Shown: piece after piece, positions 36,535 to 42,220 of the stretch
Numbering within the stretch: the first letter of the stretch is position 1
Layout: the number at the start of each line of letters is the position of its first letter
Assembly (NCBI RefSeq): GCF_001194135.2
Contig: NC_068993.1
Span: 9,238,907-9,281,126 of the forward strand
Reading direction: 5' to 3'
DNA: 42,220 nt
From: Octopus bimaculoides
Lineage: Eukaryota
Program-made: the position numbers and the translations under genes
Notes under the pieces: generated by a model
Database searches by the model: none
Seen by the model: only the letters and a program-made list of their open reading frames with translations
What the model was told of the DNA's origin: nothing

Positions 36535-37069
36535 AGGCGCAGGCGTCGCTGTGTGGTAAGTACCTTGCTTACCAATCACATGGTTCGGGTTCAGTCCTAC
36601 TGCGAGACACCTTGGGCAAGTTTCTTCTACTATAGCCTCGGGTCAATCAAAGCCTTGTGCGTGGATTTGGTAGACAGAAACTGAAAGAAGTGGGTGAGCT
36701 GGCAGAAACGTTAGCACGCCGGGCGAAATGGTTAGTGGTATTTCGTCTGCCGCAAAGTTCTGAGCTCAAATTCCGCCGAGGTCGACTTTGCCTTTCATCC
36801 TTTCGGAGTCGATAAATTAAGTACCAGTTACGCACTGAGGTCGATGTAATCGACTTAATCCCTTTGTCTGTCCTTGTTTGTCCCCTCTAAGTTTAGCCCC
36901 TTGAGGGCAATAAAGAAATAAAAAACTGAAAGAAGCCCGTCGTATATATATACCTATATAGCTGTGTATTAGTGTTTGTCCTCCAACGGGTCGATTTGTT
37001 CGACTAAAACCCTTCAAGGTGATGCCCCAGCATGGCCGCAGTCAAATTACCAAGGCAAAGAAAAGAATA
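36535..37069 (+). mobile_element. SINE family A host, split by a family B insertion
   Basis: Head aggcgcaggcgtcgctgtgtggtaagt at 36535; resumes aaactgaaagaagcccgtcg at 36923; tail at 37021-37069. Confidence 0.9.
36691..36922 (+). mobile_element. Young full-length SINE family B with a perfect 13-bp TSD
   Basis: TSD aaactgaaagaag at 36678-36690 and 36923-36935. Confidence 0.95.
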
Positions 37070-37570
37070 TGTAACTAATTGATTATACAGTTTGCCCTGT
37101 AACCTTTTAAAATCGTGAACACAACTCACGGATTCCATAGTACTACCTTTGTGGATAAGGCCAGTATTTTAGGGAAATAGAGCAAACCGATTTCATTGAT
37201 ACTCAGTATTCGACTGGTACTTATTTTATCGACCCCGGAAAGGATGAAAGGTAAAGCCGACCTCGGCAGGATTTGAACTCAGAACGTATAGAGGCAGAAA
37301 CAACTGCCGCTAAAGCCAGTTTGTGAACGCGCTAACGTTTCGACCAGTTCAAGAAGGATAATTAAGTGAGATATGGAGACGTTACTTTTCTAAAAATATA
37401 GTTTTCTTCCTCTTAACTTCTTTCTGTTTATATTTATATACTCAGAAACCGAACGGAAATCACACACACACACACACACACAATCGCTGACGAAGCATAG
37501 AAAAAAAAGTCACACACTACCAACTACCGTACAACACCCAAACACCCCAGCACATTTCGTGTGTGTGTGT

Positions 37571-37698
37571 AAAGGAATAGGAATGGCATTTTTGATAATT
37601 TTTTCCACTTTAATAATTAGCTTACGAACATCTAATGGTTTATAAACATCTAATTATTAAAGTGGAAATATTATCTGAAGAGCCATTACTATTCCTTT
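37571..37698. repeat. Inverted repeat: arms of about 50 bp, 29-nt spacer
   Basis: aaaggaataggaatggc..gataattttttccactttaataattag (37571-37620) pairs with ctaattattaaagtggaaatattatc..gccattactattccttt (37650-37698). Confidence 0.9.
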
Positions 37699-37746
37699 TT
37701 TATTTTCTTCAAACATATAATACTGAAAAAAGCACTTGCCATTTCT

Positions 37747-37780
<34 letters not shown>

Positions 37781-38168
37781 TATATAAACGTACGCGTGGA
37801 CGCACGACCTCGGTTCTAAGCAGGTGCAAAATAAAGGCATGTAAATCTATATACACGCATGCATGCGTAAATTATATTTATTCTCTAATTTGGAACTGTT
37901 TTACTATTAAAATTGATAAACGTTCGCTCTCTCTCTTTCACACACACACAGACAAACATATTCTACTCATGTATTTGAGATCGAAGAAACGTAAACAACT
38001 GCCGATTCTAATGTAATGCATACACATGTGCAAACGTTCATACATTCACTTAGATAGAAAGAAGACACTTAAATCCACGAACACACATTGAGAAATAAGA
38101 CTCGTGCCATTTGCAGCTTATGACACACGCACTCGCGCGAGTACACATAGCATGTGTGTGTGTATATG

Positions 38169-38304
<136 letters not shown>

Positions 38305-38439
38305 GATATACGCACTTAAGTAGAAATCAAGCGACGAAGAAAGAAAACACCAGCACGCAAACACACGTGATCACAGCCATGTGATAATCTTTTCATGTCT
38401 TTTTCCACATACTTTCGCGCGCTTTTAAAATAGTTTCTA

Positions 38440-38534
38440 AAAAATGTTTCATCAAGTGAGTCGCATTACTAAATGGAATTTTCGTTTGGCGAACCATGTA
38501 GAAAGTCGCGCGAGCCGCAAGTTGCCCACGGCTG
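38440..38534. mobile_element. hAT (Charlie-like) terminal fragment
   Basis: Ends gcgagccgcaagttgcccacggctg; the reverse complement CAGCCGTGGGCAAC resembles hAT CAGGGGTGGGCAAC termini. The other end was not found. Confidence 0.45.
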
Positions 38535-38797
38535 CTCTATACGGTTTCTCGACCTTGCCTGAAATCATTAAATAGAGTGGAGTCTTCTAAAGGCCGTGGC
38601 GAAATTTGAACTCAGAATGCAAGGGGCTGGAATAAATACCGCAACGCATCTATGTTCCTACAGTTCCGCTAAGGGGACTGCGGAAGAGCACATAGTCGGA
38701 AAAATAAGGCGAAGAGTTCAGTCCAACGCTCAAACAACACCGCCAATTCACCGCCTAATGGACAGCCTATTTCGAAGAAGGAGAAAATCTAATATCC

Positions 38798-39008
38798 TTT
38801 CTATTATAGTCACAAAGCCTGAAATTTAAGGGAGGGTGATAGTCGATTACATCGACACCAGCACTCAACTGCTACTTATTTTATCGACTCCGAAAGGATG
38901 GAAGGCAAAGTCAACCTCGGCGGAATTTGAACTCAAAACGCGAAGACGGACGAAGTGCCGCTAAGCATTTCGCCCGGCGTACTAACGGTTCCGCCAGCTC
39001 GACGCCTT
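38798..39008 (-). mobile_element. SINE family B
   Basis: gaaaggatggaaggcaaagtcaacctcggcggaatttgaactc..gcatttcgcccggcgtactaacggttccgccagctc. Confidence 0.9.
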
Positions 39009-41556
39009 AAAAGAAAATGCAATATCGCCTACAGGAGTCGAACGCCGTGTCTACTGTTAATCCTATAGCCGACACATACACATGCGCGCGCAGTATAGTC
39101 TAGTGATATAATGAGCTCGCATCGCAACTCCAATATCTCAGGTTCGATTCTACGGTGTAGCATCTTCGCCAAATGTCATTTTCTGTAACCTCCAATCAAT
39201 CCATTCCTTGGATTGTATCTGTACTTCAGAAGAACAGCCATGCTTCCATACAGTTTTTACGCTGATTCAGCCTGAGAATGATGTTAAGAGCGCACGTCTT
39301 TGGAATACTCATCCACTTACATATTAACTGAGGAGCAAGTGCATAAAAAAAGGATAAAGCTCCTTGCCATGTCACATAGACTCATAAGGGCGGTTTCCAG
39401 ATTTCTGTGCGTATACATTCATCCCTTGGACGGGAATGCTGGCCCATCGCAAGATTGCTCATTTTTGCTAGATGAGTCGAACGGAGCAACATGAAATGAA
39501 GTATTTTGCACAAAACAGAATGTGTAGGCACGCGGGACGGACGAAGGGGATCCGACCTTTAGGTATCAATTTGTTCATCTAAACACTCCGCTGTAGTACC
39601 CCAGCAATGACCGCAGTTCAGTGAGTGAGACAATAAAAAAAGAAAACGATTAGCACGGGCTTTTAATGAAATGGCATGAAAATGTGAGAGCAAAATTAAA
39701 ATATGGGAAGAGTTGAAGAATGAAACGTCATCAAAGAACAGGGATGATTAAGGAGGAAGAGTTAAAGGTTGCATTAACTTAATATATGCAAACTAGAAGG
39801 AACTGGAGAAGAATCATCGCTAAAATGGAGCGGCTTTTCTATTGGCGGATGGAAAATCGCAATTCTTCAAAACACCATGGCTACATATTGTTTAGAATTT
39901 TGTCACAAGGCCAGCAATTTCACGGGGGTCACTCGATGGTACTTCTTGTTTTATCGACCCCCGCCCCTGAAAAGCATAGTTGACTTTGGCGGGAAATACA
40001 TGCTCACGTTCACACACACTCACACGCGCGCATCTGAAATGTGTCGTCAACGTACATCGCACATCGACAGGAACATGTTCAAAGAGACGAGAAGGCGGAG
40101 GAGGAGGAGGACCTAAACAAAATATAAAATAACTCTCTCCTACCAAAACCCACAAGGTGGATTGACTCATATTCCTTGCGTGGGATCATGTTTTTATCTA
40201 GATCGTATTTACTTACCGATAGCTCGATAATGGACTATAGCCCTCGCTCTATTCTTTAAACCATCGTGTGTTTTTAACCATGTACCACTTTTGCCGTCGC
40301 CTTCTCCCTGTGTACACGTCTCACACACTTTCTTCCTTACTTTCTCTCTCTCTCTCTCACCTCTCCTTCACCACGAGTTTATTTTGCAAATTTAGCAAAT
40401 GTAATGAAATAAATGAAATTGGGACAAATCTACTTCGAAGGCAGGTGCGTATGCGGGGAGTAGAAAAAAATACTCGAACACATACACACACACACATGCA
40501 TACAGGTACATATGTCATGAAAATACATTCTCATTCACACATACACATGTATATATACACTATATATATANNNNNNNNNNNNNNNNNNNNNNNNNNNNNN
40601 NNNNNNNNNNNNNNNNNNNNNNNNNNNNNNNNNNNNNNNNNNNNNNNNNNNNNNNNNNNNATATATATACACACTCACATACATACAAACATATATATAC
40701 ACATACACGCAAACATATATATACACATACATACACACACACACAAACATACATACACACACAAACATATATACACACATATAGATATATAGCCAGAGGG
40801 GTTTAGTATTATCATGTAACATATTACATTGTATTATCTACTTGTGTTTTTCTCCTTTTATTTTTAAGTTTCGTTTTGTCCTTCAATCCCAAGGAATTAC
40901 TAAAGTGAAAGAGCGCTTTTATATATATTTAATCTCTAACAATTCTTTAGTCATTAAACAGTTTAAACCTTAAACCCCGAATGGACACCTCCTCCCACTT
41001 TCGTTGAAAGCGCGCTTTTATATCAAATGGTGAGTGATTATTTGACTCTCGGATATTTGAAATACTACAAATTTTCCCAGGAAAATCTAAAAACAAAAAT
41101 GAAATTCCAAAAAAGCTACTTAATTTTAATATATTTGGTGGCTGGATTTCCATCGTTCAACAAATAAAGATTCAGTTGATTGAACGACTAAATTTCCTCG
41201 TCGTTTCTTGTTATCTTCACCTGCAGCAGAATGCACCTTCACGCGAAATAGCTGCAACATTTAAGTGGCTGAGTACTCCGCACACACGTATATCATTTGT
41301 GATTTTTCAGCCAGACTCAGTGTGACACAGTGTTTGCGACCGGCTTCTATACAGTTTCCAACACCCGTTTTCTTTTACAAAGTATGGACCAGCCTGAGGC
41401 TATAGAAAATAATATCTGTCCAAGATGCCAAGCAGATGGATCGAACCTGAGATCTTGTGGTTGCAAAGCAAACATCTTAACCATTCGGCCATACATTTGC
41501 GCCTACACTCAATATATCTATGATAATTGGACATACCTCGTTATTAATTTCATCAA

Positions 41557-41680
41557 GGGGTCGAGCTGGCAGAGTTGTTAGCACGCCGGGCAAAATGCTT
41601 AGCAGTATTTCGTCTGCCATTACGTTCTGAGTTCAAATTCTACCGAGGTCAGCTTTACCTTTCATCCTTTCATCCTTCCC
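41557..41680 (+). mobile_element. 5' part of SINE family B
   Basis: cgagctggcagagttgttagcacgccgggcaaaatgc..gagttcaaattctaccgaggtc..tttcatcctttcatcctt. Confidence 0.85.
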
Positions 41681-41960
41681 AGAATTTCAGGCCTTGTAGG
41701 AAGCTAGCTTCTTACCACACAGCCACGTCTATATTCTGTAACCTAGTAGGGCAACGCTAAAATAGCTGCCAGATTTCAACACAAGAACTGGACTCAATAG
41801 GATTGACTGAAACACTTCAATGTGGTGGCTCCATATTCCACTGAGTTTGACTTTGCCCTTCATCCTTTTGGATTCGATTTATTCGACTTAGCCCCACCCC
41901 TCACTCACCCAAAATTCAAGGCTGTGGGCCTATTGTAGAAATAACTATTATTATTATTAT

Positions 41961-42165
41961 GGTGACGAGCTGGCAGAACCTTCAGCACGCCGGACGAAAT
42001 GTTTAGCGGTATTTCGCCCGTCGCTACGTTCTGAGTTCAGATTCTGCTGAGGTCGACTTTGCCTTTCATCCTTTCTGGGTCGATAAATTAAGTACCAGAG
42101 AAACACTGGCGTCGATGTAATCGACTAATCTCCTCCCCAAAAATTGCTGACCTGGCGCCAAAATT
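41961..42165 (+). mobile_element. Full-length SINE family B
   Basis: ggtgacgagctggcagaacc..ttgcctttcatcctttctgggtcgataaattaagtaccag..aaaattgctgacctggcgccaaaa + (ATT)n. Confidence 0.9.
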
Positions 42166-42220
42166 ATTATTATTATTATTATCTGTATGTATGCGCATAC
42201 ACATACGCACAGCAATACTT

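Noticed and set aside
38400-38560. CpG-island-like patch with an E2F-like TTTCGCGC
   Set aside because: Largely explained by a hAT terminal fragment within the CpG-retaining half.

Overview
This is AT-rich eukaryotic (metazoan) non-coding DNA, not prokaryotic. The repeat repertoire (several tRNA-derived SINE families, MITEs, dense AT/AC/AG/AAT microsatellites) suggests an octopus/cephalopod short-read scaffold; this is an inference from my recognition of the repeats, not a database result. Eleven N gaps cover about 4.4 kb. I cannot confidently call any protein-coding gene, RNA gene or CRISPR array, and nearly all ORFs in the supplied track are artefacts of N runs, microsatellites or SINEs. 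What is well supported is a nested mosaic of SINEs and TA/TTAA-flanked MITEs. The most interesting signals are: (1) a CpG-poor to CpG-rich transition near 21.5-22 kb, probably a germline methylation-domain boundary; (2) several long fold-back structures, including an 87/89-bp hairpin and a 391-bp palindrome carrying an insertion apparently copied from a neighbouring SINE; (3) a few candidate exons of an unidentified gene in the CpG-poor half; (4) a speculative phospholamban-like single-TM micropeptide; (5) an RFX X-box cluster. None of these is evidence of a new biological system on its own.
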